This document shows positions 10,990 through 22,135 of a stretch of 64,000 nucleotides of DNA, one piece after another. The translations under genes and the position numbers were made by a program. The notes below the pieces were generated by a model. The model was not told where the DNA came from. It worked only from the letters and a program-made list of their open reading frames with translations, and searched no databases. Origin of the DNA: an uncultured delta proteobacterium. Lineage in GTDB: Bacteria > Desulfobacterota > Binatia > UBA9968. The stretch spans positions 14,209 through 78,208 of the forward strand of contig CAVUZH010000023.1 in the NCBI GenBank assembly GCA_963745835.1, in the 5' to 3' direction. The first letter of the stretch is position 1. Every line of letters begins with the position of its first letter.

Positions 10990-11742
10990 ATGACTTTCTT
11001 CGGCAAAAGAATTCCTCTTTTTTTCTCGCTGTTCGTCTGGTTTCTCCTATGGGAACTTGTCGGTCGGGCCGAGTATTCGATCATTATCCCGCCTGTCTCG
11101 CGAGTGTTCGTCGCGGCGATCACGATCCTACCAACGGCGAAGTTCGCCGCCGCGGCATCGATTTCGTTGCGCTCTTTCGCCCTCGGTATGGCACTCGCGA
11201 TCGTTATCGGCCTTCCTGTCGGCATCCTGATGGCGCGATTGGAGAACCTCGGCAAAGTTCTAAGTTTATGGGTTAACATCTTTGTCAGCGCGCCGATCTC
11301 CGCGCTGGTGCCGATTCTGATGTCAGTGGTAGGGATCGGCGAGACCACGGTCGTCGTCACCGTTTTTCTCTTCGCTGTGTTCGTCATCATCCTGGATACG
11401 CAGGTGGGAGTAAAACAGGCGGACAAATCGCTCGTGGAAATGGCTTTGTCTTTCGGCGCCCGGCGCGGTCAGATCTACACGAAAGTGTTGCTCCTGAGCG
11501 CCTTGCCGGAGATTCTAGCCGGTATGCGCCTGGGCGCGATTCGCGGAGTTAAGGGCGTCGTCATCGGTCAGCTGCTGATTGCGATCCTTGGCGTCGGCGA
11601 GCTTTTCGAGCTTTACTCGCGTAACTTTCTGATGGAAGAATTCTGGGCGCTGGTCATCGTCGTTTTTCTGTTCGCATTTGCGATTTCCGAAGTCATCTCC
11701 TTCTTCGAACGCCGGGTTGAATACTACGCAAGCGCCCGTTAA
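10990..11742 (+). CDS. ABC permease (second)
   Basis: TM segments; EMALSFGA; AGMRLG. Confidence 0.9.
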   Translation: MTFFGKRIPLFFSLFVWFLLWELVGRAEYSIIIPPVSRVFVAAITILPTAKFAAAASISLRSFALGMALAIVIGLPVGILMARLENLGKVLSLWVNIFVSAPISALVPILMSVVGIGETTVVVTVFLFAVFVIILDTQVGVKQADKSLVEMALSFGARRGQIYTKVLLLSALPEILAGMRLGAIRGVKGVVIGQLLIAILGVGELFELYSRNFLMEEFWALVIVVFLFAFAISEVISFFERRVEYYASAR

Positions 11743-11982
11743 ACGTTCCACCGCTTACGACCCGCTATTGCGCAGTCAATCCTGGCTTGACTCAATTGAA
11801 AACCGCGAATCGCACAATGGATAATTGCGGCGTGGCCCAGGCAACCTGTCCAGGACCTGCTCTTTTAGCAAAGGGGCGAGAGCGGTGATCGTGTTGCCGG
11901 TTTCACGGATGCAACCAGATCAAAACCTGTAAAGGCTGCGCCCGGTTATTGGTTTCTGGTAGATGCTTAGCAGAGATTGAGT

Positions 11983-12990
11983 TTATCTTACCAGAAAAAT
12001 CTGGCGCATCTCTTCTCGGAGCTTCTTAAACTCCTCGGCTGTCGGCTCTTCCATAAACAGCGTGCGTTGCGCCACGTCTGCGGCGCCTGGAAAAGCCGGA
12101 GAAATCTGCGGCGCCAAGACAAATTCGCCGGTTGCAGCCATGGCTTTTTGCCCTTCAGGTGAGCAAATATATTCGACGTACAATCTGCCGGCGTTCGGAT
12201 GCGCCGCCTTCTTGCTCACTCCCATGTAATTGGTATCGGCGAGATATTTGTTCAAGCGCACGTAATCGATGGGGCCTTTGTATTGTCCGACATATTTCAA
12301 GTACGTTATTCCCAAGGGAGCCTCGCCTTTGATAACCGTGTTGACGATCGGCGCGAACGATTCCACCATCAGCGGTTGCTGCTGCGCTAGAGCCTTTGCG
12401 AACTCTCGCCATTTGATGCCCTCATAGCGATCGAGGTCGGCCAGGAACTGCGCCGTGGTGGTATGACGCGAGGGATCCGGGATGGTGATTTTCCCTCTCC
12501 AGCGCGGCAGCAGAAGATCGCTAAGGGTCTTGGGCAATTCTTCTTTTTTGACCAGCTCAGTATTGTAAAGAATGCTGATCGGATTAAACCGCCACGGCGT
12601 CAAGATGCCGTCGGGTTCGAGAAATTGTTGGGGGAATTTTCCCGCGGACGAAGGCATGAACTTGTCGAAGACTCCTTCCGACTTGAGAATCAGCTGCGGT
12701 CCTTTGTTGCCTTCGATGACATCAGCGCCGGCCTGCCCGACGCGCCACTCGTTAAGCGCTCTTTCCAGGATGCCAGTGGTCGAAGCGCGCCAATAGTCCA
12801 CTCGGATGCCGTACTTCTTTTCGAAAGGATCGTTGATTACCTTCATGGTCTGCGGGGGCACGGCGGCGTAGACCACCACTCTGGCTTCTTTCTTGGCCGC
12901 ATCAATGTCGATCGTCTGAGCAAAAAGCGGGAGGGACCAGGCAACCGTAATCGAAAATGCTAAAAAGAAAACATTTCTGCATCGGATCAT
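11983..12990 (-). CDS. Extracellular solute-binding protein (AfuA/Fe3+-type family)
   Basis: AKKEARVVVY, FEKKYGI, YNTELV, AAHPNAGRLYVEYICSPEGQ. Confidence 0.82.
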   Translation of the reverse strand: MIRCRNVFFLAFSITVAWSLPLFAQTIDIDAAKKEARVVVYAAVPPQTMKVINDPFEKKYGIRVDYWRASTTGILERALNEWRVGQAGADVIEGNKGPQLILKSEGVFDKFMPSSAGKFPQQFLEPDGILTPWRFNPISILYNTELVKKEELPKTLSDLLLPRWRGKITIPDPSRHTTTAQFLADLDRYEGIKWREFAKALAQQQPLMVESFAPIVNTVIKGEAPLGITYLKYVGQYKGPIDYVRLNKYLADTNYMGVSKKAAHPNAGRLYVEYICSPEGQKAMAATGEFVLAPQISPAFPGAADVAQRTLFMEEPTAEEFKKLREEMRQIFLVR

Positions 12991-13100
12991 TTCAACACCC
13001 CCACGGTTAAACAGCTGAGCGCAAATTAATCGCGCGGGTGCCGGTTGTCAACGCGGTGGACGTATAGTAATGGTCGCGTTGTCGTTTCAAGGAGAACTCG

Positions 13101-14144
13101 ATGCCGCTGTTGATTCGCGCCGAAGATGTAAACGGGTTGTTGACCATGGAAGAAGCGATCGACGCGGTGGAGGCGGGGTTTCGCGAGTGGGGCAAAAGCC
13201 CGGAACTAAACGCGCCGCGAAAGCGCATCATGACTCCCGAAGGCGTGCGCGTCAGCGTCCATCCCGGAGGAATTCCTTCACTGGGAGGTATCGGCGTTCT
13301 AGCGCACTCGGAGCATGTCGCCGTATCCAAAGAAGTTCAGACCTATCACAACATGGGCGGACCGGTAACGGTCCTTTTCGATGTGAAGAACGCATCGTTA
13401 ATGGCGATCCTGGTGGGCAGGGTGGCGCTCAAGGAACTGCCGGCAGAAAGGCCGACGCCGATAAGAACAGCGGCTACCAGCGCGGTCGGCACGCGCTCCT
13501 TGGCGCGCGCGGACTCGAAGATCTTGGGCATCCTCGGTGCCGGCGGTGAAGCAAAGTATCATCTATTAGCCCTGGCCAAGACCCGGCCGTTTAACCTGGC
13601 CAAGGTTTATTGCCGGACGCAATCGACGCGCGAGCAATTTTGCCGGTCGATGGAGAAGCTGGTTCCCTGCGAAGTCGCACCCGTGTCCAGCGCAAAGGAA
13701 GCCGTCGAGAGCGCCGATGTGCTTCTCACCGCGACCAACTCCAATGTCCCGGTTTTCAGCGGCGAGTGGCTGCAATCAGGCGCGCACGTTACTTCGATCA
13801 TGGGGGGAAATGTTGGTCTGGTGCGCGCCGGAGTTGCGGCTACGCCGCGCCGGGAGCTCGATGACACGACCATCAAACGCAGCAATGTGATCGTGGTCAA
13901 CTCCAGGGAGCAGGCGATTCAAGATGAGCAGGCAGATCTGTTCGGTCCGGTTCAGGCAGGATTTCTCAGCTGGGAAGATGTCGGCGAACTAGGTCAGCTG
14001 TTGAATAACGCCATTCCTGGCCGCACCAGCGCCAAGCAAATCACGCTTTTCAAAAACAACGCCGGTCAGGGAGTCGCCGATGTCGCCGTGGCAAGTAAGA
14101 TTTACTCCCTGGCACGAAGCAATGGCATCGGCATGGAGTTCTAG
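13101..14144 (+). CDS. Ornithine cyclodeaminase/mu-crystallin family protein
   Basis: RTAATSAVG, GILGAGGEA, GRTSAKQITLFK. Confidence 0.85.
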   Translation: MPLLIRAEDVNGLLTMEEAIDAVEAGFREWGKSPELNAPRKRIMTPEGVRVSVHPGGIPSLGGIGVLAHSEHVAVSKEVQTYHNMGGPVTVLFDVKNASLMAILVGRVALKELPAERPTPIRTAATSAVGTRSLARADSKILGILGAGGEAKYHLLALAKTRPFNLAKVYCRTQSTREQFCRSMEKLVPCEVAPVSSAKEAVESADVLLTATNSNVPVFSGEWLQSGAHVTSIMGGNVGLVRAGVAATPRRELDDTTIKRSNVIVVNSREQAIQDEQADLFGPVQAGFLSWEDVGELGQLLNNAIPGRTSAKQITLFKNNAGQGVADVAVASKIYSLARSNGIGMEF

Positions 14145-14298
14145 CAGGCTGAAAAAACTCCTACGTTTTTTGAAAGATGAATTACGAAAGACGAAAGCTG
14201 ACGATTAAATTTCCGTTTTCAGATTTCCGCTTTCATCCTTGTAATTCGCGCGACTCTGCCTCGGAGTCCTTGACCAGCCTGCGCCAGAGTTTTTCAGC
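14144..14298. mobile_element. MITE-like element with a nested inverted 7-mer array
   Basis: GCAGGCTGAAAAAACTC ... CCAGCCTGC / GAGTTTTTCAGC. Internal NNNGAAA repeats face TTTCNNN repeats (14169-14248). Confidence 0.45.
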
Positions 14299-14329
14299 AA
14301 ACGGCTGGGACTAATTCGATGAGAAACTT

Positions 14330-15310
14330 ATGAACATCGATCTTCACTCTCATTTCTTTCCTGTCGAGGCGTTACAGAATCCCGGCAAATACGAAACTCG
14401 AGCGCCCAAGATCGTGCTCGACAAGGGCAAATTGTCCGTTACCTCCCAGATCGGCTCTCGCCCGGGACTGGGCCCGGGCGCATACGATCCATCCGCGCGC
14501 ATAAAGGCGCTGGACCAGATGAGCATCGATATCCAGGCGATCTCACCCTCGCCCATTTTGCTGTTCTACTGGGAAGAGCCGGCGGTAGCCGCGCACTTTT
14601 CACGCAAGCAGAATGAAGCCATTCAAGAGATTGCTACGAGACATCCGGATCGCTTCGTCGGATTCGGCAGCGTGCCATTGCAGAGCATTGCTGATTCCAT
14701 CGAGATTGCCCGGGAAGCAAAATCCATGGGACTTAAAGGGTTGGAAATCGGCAACGCCGTGGGCGATAGACCGCTTGACGATGCTTCTTTCGAAGCGTTC
14801 TTCGATGCCGCGCAAGAACTAGACATGCTCTTGTTCGTTCACCCGCTCGAAGGCGGATTGGACGCCGACGATCCGTTATCGCCGATTCTCGGTAACGTGC
14901 TGCAATTCACTTTTCGCACGACCATGATGGTAGAGCGAATGATCCTCAAAGGAATGTTCGAGAAGTATCCTAATCTTCGGCTTTGTCTTTCCCATGGGGG
15001 CGGTCTGCTCGCTTTCAATATCTGGCGGCTCGACCATTCCTACAGCTTGCGGCCGGAGTTAAAGAAGATCATTCCCGACAAACCTTCAGGGTATTTAAAA
15101 AAGCTGTACTTCGACACCATCGTCCATTCCGTCGTTGCGTTGCAGTACCTGGTTAAAGTCGTCGGTGCGGACCGGGTAGTAATCGGCACCGACTATCCGA
15201 TGGCGATGGGCGATTTCGACTCGGTGCAGAAGGTGATGCAATTGGATTTGCCGGCGGCGGAACGCGAGCTGATCCTCGGCGACAATGCCGCGCGAGCGTT
15301 AAGTATCTAG
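14330..15310 (+). CDS. Amidohydrolase family 2 (ACMSD-like decarboxylase/hydratase)
   Basis: IDLHSH, FVHP, SHGGG, GTDYP. Confidence 0.88.
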   Translation: MNIDLHSHFFPVEALQNPGKYETRAPKIVLDKGKLSVTSQIGSRPGLGPGAYDPSARIKALDQMSIDIQAISPSPILLFYWEEPAVAAHFSRKQNEAIQEIATRHPDRFVGFGSVPLQSIADSIEIAREAKSMGLKGLEIGNAVGDRPLDDASFEAFFDAAQELDMLLFVHPLEGGLDADDPLSPILGNVLQFTFRTTMMVERMILKGMFEKYPNLRLCLSHGGGLLAFNIWRLDHSYSLRPELKKIIPDKPSGYLKKLYFDTIVHSVVALQYLVKVVGADRVVIGTDYPMAMGDFDSVQKVMQLDLPAAERELILGDNAARALSI

Positions 15311-15372
15311 GTTGGACTCGACAATGCTCTCGACCCATCGCAGATGACGGTATCTCAGATAATGCGCATGTA

Positions 15373-16383
15373 TTGAAGGAGGTTGCAGTGCAACTCTCAC
15401 TGATATTTCTTTTGGCTCTATTTTTCGCAGCATGCTCTACGATGGAGACAAGACCTCCCACGGCTTCCATTCTGGTCGATCTCGATCCGGGCAGCGCCGA
15501 TCGTACCGTGATCGTCGAAAGCATCACCGCGGATAAGCAGGGCCGGCTTTATCTGCCGGATCGGGTCACGGGAAATATTCTGCGGGTAGATCCGAAGGCA
15601 CCCAAACCGGAGGTGGTAGGCCGGATCGAGTCACGGCAAATCCAAGGCAAGAAGGTCAACGCCGACCCTTCCGGTGTTGCTTTTAATCAACAGGGCGATT
15701 TGTTCATCGCTGTGGGTCCATTCAGTGAGGTTGTGCGCATAAGAGGAGCCGACTTAGATCCGCAGAAGCCTGGAGTAGCCCAAACATTCGCGACTGGAAC
15801 GTCCGGCGCCAATGGCATCGTTATCGATCGTTCCGGAAACCTTTTCGTTTCGGGCGGCGGCAGCGGGATCGTCTATCGGGTGGGCCCGGATGGGGGCGCG
15901 GCTCAAGCCGCGGTTCAAATGGAAAAGCATGCCCGGACACTTCCGGATGGCAAGAGCCAACAGGCGATTGTTGCCAATGGTTTAGAATTTGACCGCAATG
16001 GTGTGCTCCATGTCGCCGATACCGCCCGGGGCGCGATCTGGAAAGTGGTCATCGGACCAGATGGCAAAGGCGGCAAACCGAGCCTGCTCGCGCACAGCCC
16101 GTTACTCGAAGGTGCCGATGGACTGGCGTTTGATAGTCGCGGAGATCTTTGGGTTGTGGCTAACGAGCGCAACGCGCTGATCACCGTCACCCCGAACGGC
16201 GCGGTCCGGGAGCTTACTAAAAACGGTAGCCAAGGGCCGCTTGAGTTTCCCGCTGGGATTATCTTTGTCGGCAACACTGCGTATATCGCAAATTTCGACA
16301 CGCCGCGTCGCGATAACATGGACGACAACGGCAAGACTGCGCGTGACGGTATCGGCGCTTCGATTGCGCAGATCACGCCTTAG
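15373..16383 (+). CDS. SMP-30/gluconolactonase beta-propeller lipoprotein
   Basis: Lipobox FAAC; ANGLEFD, GADGLAFD repeats. Confidence 0.8.
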   Translation: MKEVAVQLSLIFLLALFFAACSTMETRPPTASILVDLDPGSADRTVIVESITADKQGRLYLPDRVTGNILRVDPKAPKPEVVGRIESRQIQGKKVNADPSGVAFNQQGDLFIAVGPFSEVVRIRGADLDPQKPGVAQTFATGTSGANGIVIDRSGNLFVSGGGSGIVYRVGPDGGAAQAAVQMEKHARTLPDGKSQQAIVANGLEFDRNGVLHVADTARGAIWKVVIGPDGKGGKPSLLAHSPLLEGADGLAFDSRGDLWVVANERNALITVTPNGAVRELTKNGSQGPLEFPAGIIFVGNTAYIANFDTPRRDNMDDNGKTARDGIGASIAQITP

Positions 16384-16551
16384 CGCGCTATCGAGCTAAA
16401 ATTCCAGACCCGTAATGAGAATAGGTTTCGAACTTTCATGGGGAGCGGAACAAGGAAAAACTTGGGACGCTCCGTCTTGATTCGTGGTGTAGAAAGGTTC
16501 TGAGAACCAGTTTAAAAATTTGACCATCGATGATGCAGGCGAGGAGCCGCA

Positions 16552-17328
16552 GTGTCGTTACTCTCCATAGAAGGCGTGCGTAAGGAGTATCAGGTTCGGG
16601 GGAAGAGAGTTGTTGCCCTCGAATCGGTGGATCTTGACATCCGCGAGGGCGAGTTCGTCACCATCGTTGGGCCGTCGGGCTGCGGCAAGTCGACTCTGTT
16701 GAATTTGATTGTCGGTCTACTGCGCTCGAGCGGCGGACGAATTGTTTTCAACGGCGCGGCCATCGACGGCATCTGCACGCAGATTGGTTATGTGACCCAG
16801 AAGGACAATCTGTTCCCCTGGCGCACTCTGATCGAGAACGTCGAGATCGCGCTCGAAATCAGAGGCATCGCCCGCATGTCGCGGCGCTCCCAGGCGGAGG
16901 AATTGATCGAGCGCGTCGGCTTGCGCGGCTTTGAAGATCATTATCCGCATGAGCTTTCCGGCGGCATGCGCCAGCGCGCCAACATCATTCGTACCTTGAT
17001 CTACGATCCCGAATTGATCCTTATGGACGAGCCTTTCGGACCGCTCGACGCGCAGACCCGAATCGTGCTTCAAGATGAGCTTTTAAAGCTCTGGTCGACG
17101 ACTAAAAAGACCATTATCTTCATCACCCACGATTTGATTGAAGCGATCACCCTGGCCGACCGGGTGGTGCTGATGAGCTCGCGGCCGGGCAGAATCAAGG
17201 CGGTCGAGCAAGTCAATATCGCGCGACCGAGAGATGTCTTCAAAATTCATCAAAGCGAGCAGTTTCGCGCGGTTTATGAAAATTTATGGCGAGAATTGCG
17301 CCCTGAAGTGAAGTTGGCTGAAGCATAG
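16552..17328 (+). CDS. ABC ATP-binding protein
   Basis: GPSGCGKS, LSGGMRQR, DEPFGPLD. Confidence 0.92.
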   Translation: MSLLSIEGVRKEYQVRGKRVVALESVDLDIREGEFVTIVGPSGCGKSTLLNLIVGLLRSSGGRIVFNGAAIDGICTQIGYVTQKDNLFPWRTLIENVEIALEIRGIARMSRRSQAEELIERVGLRGFEDHYPHELSGGMRQRANIIRTLIYDPELILMDEPFGPLDAQTRIVLQDELLKLWSTTKKTIIFITHDLIEAITLADRVVLMSSRPGRIKAVEQVNIARPRDVFKIHQSEQFRAVYENLWRELRPEVKLAEA

Positions 17329-17342
17329 AAAGGAGAGTTCTT

Positions 17343-18357
17343 ATGAAACGGTTGATGATGATTGTATGCGCTGCGGCGCTCGGGTGTCTCGGCACTTCGC
17401 TCTCCGTTAACGCGCAAACCCCTAGAAAAGTGAAGATGACGATTCCGGTTGTGGCGCACTCGATGACGCCGGTTTACATCGCCCAAAGCAAGGGCTTCTT
17501 TGCCGAAGAGAAACTGGAGCCGGATATTACTTCCACCGGCGGCGGCGGCCCTGATATCCGGGCGCTGATTGCCGGGGATGTCGAGTTCAGTTTTACCACC
17601 GGCGACAACGTGATCCTGGCGCAGCAAGAGGGCAAGAGACTCTTGATGGTGATGAGCGGGCTCAACAAGGTTTTCATCAACTGGGCGATGCATAAAGAAG
17701 CGGCCAAGGCCAAGGGCGTCACTGAATCGATGCCGCTGGCGGAGAAAATAAAAACGCTTAAAGGTCTGACCATCGGGGTCACGAATCCGGGAGCTTTGAC
17801 CGCGCATCTTGCCGCATTTGTCGTGCGCAAAGCGGGTTATAACCCGCAGCAGGACGTTCAGATTGTTCCCGTCGGCGCCGGGCCCGACTTGGCTTGCCGC
17901 CTTGGAGAATCGCAAGGTCGATGTCGCCTTGACGGCGCCGCCGGTGCCCGAGACGGCGATCAGCCGCGGCTTCGCGATCATGTTCATCAACAACGCCAAA
18001 GGCGAGGACCCGTCGATTCCCGAGTTCCTCATGGAAAATCTGATCGCCCGCCCCGAGACCGTCGCCAAAGATCCCGATCTCGTGCGCCGCATGGTGCGGG
18101 CGCTAACCAGGGCGAACCAGTGGGCGCTTAAAAGCACTCCCGAGCAGGTCGCCGATGCTCTCAAGCCATTCATGGCCAAGACGCCACCCGAACTGTTGCT
18201 GGCAGGGGCTGCTGCGGTGCTGCCGACGTTGAGCCCGGATGGCCGCACCAGCGAGCGAAGCTTTCAAATCACTCAGGAGATCCTCGAACAGGCGGGGCTG
18301 CTAAAGAAGCGCGTGTCCTACTCCGAACTCGTGACCAATGAGTTTCTCGCCAAATGA
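17343..18357 (+). CDS. ABC substrate-binding protein (NitT/TauT), frameshift near 17882
   Basis: ORF 17343 (to ...VGAGP) joins ORF 17809 (PTWLAALENRKVD...) as one SsuA-like protein. Confidence 0.85.
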
Positions 18358-19139
18358 TCAGCCGCGGCCGACTTTTTCTTTACCGGCTGATTTTCGGCGT
18401 CTTCCTGCTGGCTGGCTGGGAGTTGAGCTCCGGGCGGTTGATCGATCCTTTTTGGGTCTCGAGCCCATCCAAGGTTTTCGGCTATATCTACGAGGTATTT
18501 GCCGATGGATCGATCTTCGCCCACTTAGGTATCACTCTCTATGAGACCTTTACCGGCTTTTTCATTGGCTCCATTTTCGGCATTGGGCTCGGGTTTTTTC
18601 TCGGCCGCAGAGAAATCCTCGCGGATATTCTGGATCCTTACGTTGTCGCGTTTAACGGCATTCCGCGCATCGCGCTGGCGCCGCTATTCATTATCTGGTT
18701 CGGTATCGGCCCGACTTCAAAAGTCATTCTGGTTATAAGCGTGGTGTTCTTTCTTACCTTTTTCAACACTTTTGCCGGTGTCAAAGGCGTCGACGCCGAG
18801 CTCAAAAATGTCCTGCGGATTATGGGCGCCAACGAACGACAAATTCTCATAAAAGTTACTCTGCCGGCGATCGTGCCCTGGATTACTACCGGTTTAAAGA
18901 TCGCTCTTCCTTACGCCATCGTCGCCGCCGTCGTCGGAGAATTCATCGCCGCGAGCAAAGGCCTGGGTTATTTGATTAATTACAATACGTCGCTGTTTTC
19001 AACGACCGGCGCGCTTGGCGGAATCTTCATTCTCGCGATCGTGGTTGTTGTCTGCAACGAGGGGATCACTCGCGCGGAGTCTTATCTCTTGCGCTGGCGC
19101 CCCAGAGAAGAAAAGAAGAGCGAAGGCGAATTGTATTAA
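18354..19139 (+). CDS. ABC permease
   Basis: IPRIALAPLFIIWFGIG, AVVGEFI. Confidence 0.9.
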   Translation: MISRGRLFLYRLIFGVFLLAGWELSSGRLIDPFWVSSPSKVFGYIYEVFADGSIFAHLGITLYETFTGFFIGSIFGIGLGFFLGRREILADILDPYVVAFNGIPRIALAPLFIIWFGIGPTSKVILVISVVFFLTFFNTFAGVKGVDAELKNVLRIMGANERQILIKVTLPAIVPWITTGLKIALPYAIVAAVVGEFIAASKGLGYLINYNTSLFSTTGALGGIFILAIVVVVCNEGITRAESYLLRWRPREEKKSEGELY

Positions 19140-19269
19140 AGTAAAGATCGGATGTTTCTAGCTGCTTCGGCAGCTAAACCGGCCTAGCGGCGCGCGAAAT
19201 TCACTTCGCGATCCTATTCTTCCTCCACCTGTGACAATTATCAGTTAGGGTCGGATCGGCAGGAACACC

Positions 19270-20157
19270 GTGAGATCGACACACCGGATTCAGGGAAAAG
19301 TATTACCGGCAGCCATTCGCGGCGGGCTGTGGATGGCGGCCGCGGCGGCTGCATTCACGGTCATGACCACACTAATCCGCGAAGCGGCCAACGGAGTCCA
19401 CCCATTCGAGATCGCCTTCTTTCGCGCTTTGGTCAACCTTGTTTTGATGTTACCGTTTGCAGTGCGCACAGGCAGCGCCGGACTCAAAACCAAAAACCAT
19501 AAGGCATTCGCCTTGCGCGGTGTGTGCGGGCTTGCCTTTCTGATGACGTACTTCACCGGAGCGGCGTTGATCCCTGTGGCCGACTCGCAGGCTCTCACCT
19601 TCACTTCTCCACTGTGGGGAACTCTCCTGGCAGTTTTATTTCTGAGCGAACGGCTGACAATGACTCGCGCTTTGGCAGTTATCGTTGGATTCGCCGGCGT
19701 TCTTATCATCCTGCGACCCGGAGTCCTGCAGGTTAGCTTGGGCGCGGTTCTCGTGCTCGCGGGCGCGCTGACTGCTGCAGCGAGCAACACCATCGTAAAA
19801 TTCACAACCCGCACGGACCACCCGGACGCGGTGGTTTTTTATCAGATGGTGTACGTCACGCCACTGATAGCGATTCCGGCATTATACGTTTGGAGCTGGC
19901 CGGCTCTAGATCAACTCTTGTTGATGATTGGTGTCGGCTTCTTTGCGACTTTGAATCAGCGATTTCTCTCCCGCGCTTACGCGTCCGCCGACGCGATTGC
20001 TGTGCTGCCGTTTGAGTTCGCTCGCCTGCCGTTCGCGGCGGTCATCGGTTTTCTAGCCTTTGGTGAGCTTCCGGATGTTTGGGCATGGTTAGGCGGCGCG
20101 GTGATCTTTAGCGCGTCGCTCTATATGGTTCGGCAGGAAACACGCGCGTCACGCTGA
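19270..20157 (+). CDS. DMT/EamA family transporter
   Basis: About 10 TM; EIAFFR, GVLIILRPG, FGELPD. Confidence 0.88.
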   Translation: MRSTHRIQGKVLPAAIRGGLWMAAAAAAFTVMTTLIREAANGVHPFEIAFFRALVNLVLMLPFAVRTGSAGLKTKNHKAFALRGVCGLAFLMTYFTGAALIPVADSQALTFTSPLWGTLLAVLFLSERLTMTRALAVIVGFAGVLIILRPGVLQVSLGAVLVLAGALTAAASNTIVKFTTRTDHPDAVVFYQMVYVTPLIAIPALYVWSWPALDQLLLMIGVGFFATLNQRFLSRAYASADAIAVLPFEFARLPFAAVIGFLAFGELPDVWAWLGGAVIFSASLYMVRQETRASR

Positions 20158-20987
20158 CAAGCAGACAGCGATTTTCGCTAGGTCAGCCGATCATTTTGTT
20201 GGACGGGATATTGGAACACACAAAGCAAGCACGAGGTACTTAGAATTGATTTGCGAGCGGAAACAATCCGCCTTCAGATTGCAGCTCCAGGGTTTTCGAG
20301 TGAGTCATTGTTGAAGCTAGTCCAAGGATGGGGGAATTTGCAAAGCCGTGGCGTTTCTGTCGGCGGTGCATTGGTGTAAAGGGCAGCAAGGTGGCAGGTC
20401 GTTCGTAGTACTGCTGGCCGTTGAAAGTTGATCTCTGGGTTCCTCAGCCGGTTTTTTCCGCAACACTCTCCACGCCACAACAGTCATCGCCATTGCTGCG
20501 GATATCGTTAGTCCAGCGCCGGAACAGCCGCACTTAAGAAACACGAGGATCAGATCATCCCAGGCACGCCGTTGATTGAAGAAGTTCAACATTTCGTTTT
20601 CCTGCGCTGCAAGGACCGGAGAACTTTCCTTTCAGCGGGGAAAACTTTAGCAATGGCCGTGCCCGGCGCTGCAAACATCATGAGCCGGACTAATCAAAAT
20701 AAAGCCCGCAATATCAGGATGTTGCGGTCCACTAGACCCGCGGTTGATCGGGTTTCAGATCCGATTGCTCGGTCAATTTGTTAAAAACTCACAACTTTGT
20801 GCGCTGGCAGTGTCGATGAGATGATTAAGGGATACTGCTGCAGCGCCTGACCGGAGTAATGTAAGAGCAGATCGAGAGCAGACTTATTCACGAAGAGTTC
20901 GGATGTATCAGCGCAGCACAAATGATGTCACTCGTGCTCCTATGATGTGCGAGAACGCCAAACCGTATTGTCGATCAAGGCGCGGTA

Positions 20988-22001
20988 TCAACCGCGTTTG
21001 CCGTAGATCTTGTCGATGAATCCTTCCTTTTCGATTTCGCGCACAATGCTGTCGTCGATCAAATTGTCAATGGTCGTTTTGCTGCCCGGATTTTGCTTTA
21101 GAGCATCATCGAGCTGGATTTTCATTCCTTCCCGAGTCGTGTAAGGAACTCGCTCGATAAGTTTCGCGGTCGATTCATACGAACTGTCAAGATAGGCTTT
21201 GTTAGCTCCGCGTAAGTATTTGGCGATGAGTTTCTGCGTGGCCTCCTTGTTGGTTCTAAAAAAATGCCCCGTCTCGATCAACGCCATCACAGCCCTTTTT
21301 ACAACCGGACGTTTCTTGGCAAGATAACTTTTTGTCGTCACTGCGCAGATAAAAGGCAGTGGATACGGTTTCTCCAGATCGCCCATGTTAGCCAGAACCC
21401 GGTGCGGCAGGCCACCGGGTATGAGGTGTACGTTTCCTGGTGGAGAGGGAAACCCGGCGATGATTTTGCGGCTAAAGCCTGCGGCTCTCTCGGAGGCGCC
21501 GCCGACCTGAAGGATTTTCACGTCTTCCATCGGCTTTAAGCCCAACCCCCTGAGCAGCTCTCGCGCCGCCACGTCGGACACGCTACCGAAGCGGCTGATA
21601 CCGATGGATTTTCCTTTGAGATCTTCAGCTGATTTGATGTTGTCGAGGACCACCAGTTCATACGGCAGAGTATTGATAAAGCAGGCGACGCTTACGGTAT
21701 CGGCGCCGCGCACCGCCGCATTGGCAACCCCGCTACCTGCGCCGTTGCCGATCTGAACGTCCTGAGCGACGATGGCTGAGACCGCGACCGTGGTGCTGCC
21801 GATGTAGACCACCTCCGCGTCCAATCCGTGTTTCTTGTAGAACCCCGCGTCGGCAGCGATGGTCCACAATGAGTTCAGCGTATCGGTAGAACTGTAGGCA
21901 ACCCTGATGCTTTCCTGCGAATCGGCAGGTGAAGTGGCAATCCCGACTAGCAGAACGATGACGGCAGAAATAAACTGGCGATAACTGCGACTGCTGTTCA
22001 T
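20988..22001 (-). CDS. ABC substrate-binding protein, SsuA/NMT1 family (orphan)
   Basis: GFYKKHGLD, LKGKSIGISRFGS; paralogous to 6845-7840. Confidence 0.85.
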   Translation of the reverse strand: MNSSRSYRQFISAVIVLLVGIATSPADSQESIRVAYSSTDTLNSLWTIAADAGFYKKHGLDAEVVYIGSTTVAVSAIVAQDVQIGNGAGSGVANAAVRGADTVSVACFINTLPYELVVLDNIKSAEDLKGKSIGISRFGSVSDVAARELLRGLGLKPMEDVKILQVGGASERAAGFSRKIIAGFPSPPGNVHLIPGGLPHRVLANMGDLEKPYPLPFICAVTTKSYLAKKRPVVKRAVMALIETGHFFRTNKEATQKLIAKYLRGANKAYLDSSYESTAKLIERVPYTTREGMKIQLDDALKQNPGSKTTIDNLIDDSIVREIEKEGFIDKIYGKRG

Positions 22002-22135
22002 AAGTACTCCCGGCGATGTTGCTGGTTACAGGTTCTTGAACAGTTCGTGTTTAGAAGGGCAAGTCCTCTATCATTCCAGTCAGGTTACGGCGCGCACGTT
22101 GCGCCAACCCCGATGGAGCGCGGCCAGAAATTGCT

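Noticed and set aside
19159-19176. TAGCTGC-TTCG-GCAGCTA hairpin as intrinsic terminator
   Set aside because: The hairpin is real but lacks a following U-tract, so it was not called.
20160-20985. ORFs in the 0.8-kb spacer after the DMT gene
   Set aside because: Short overlapping ORFs with no recognisable motifs; no feature can be supported.
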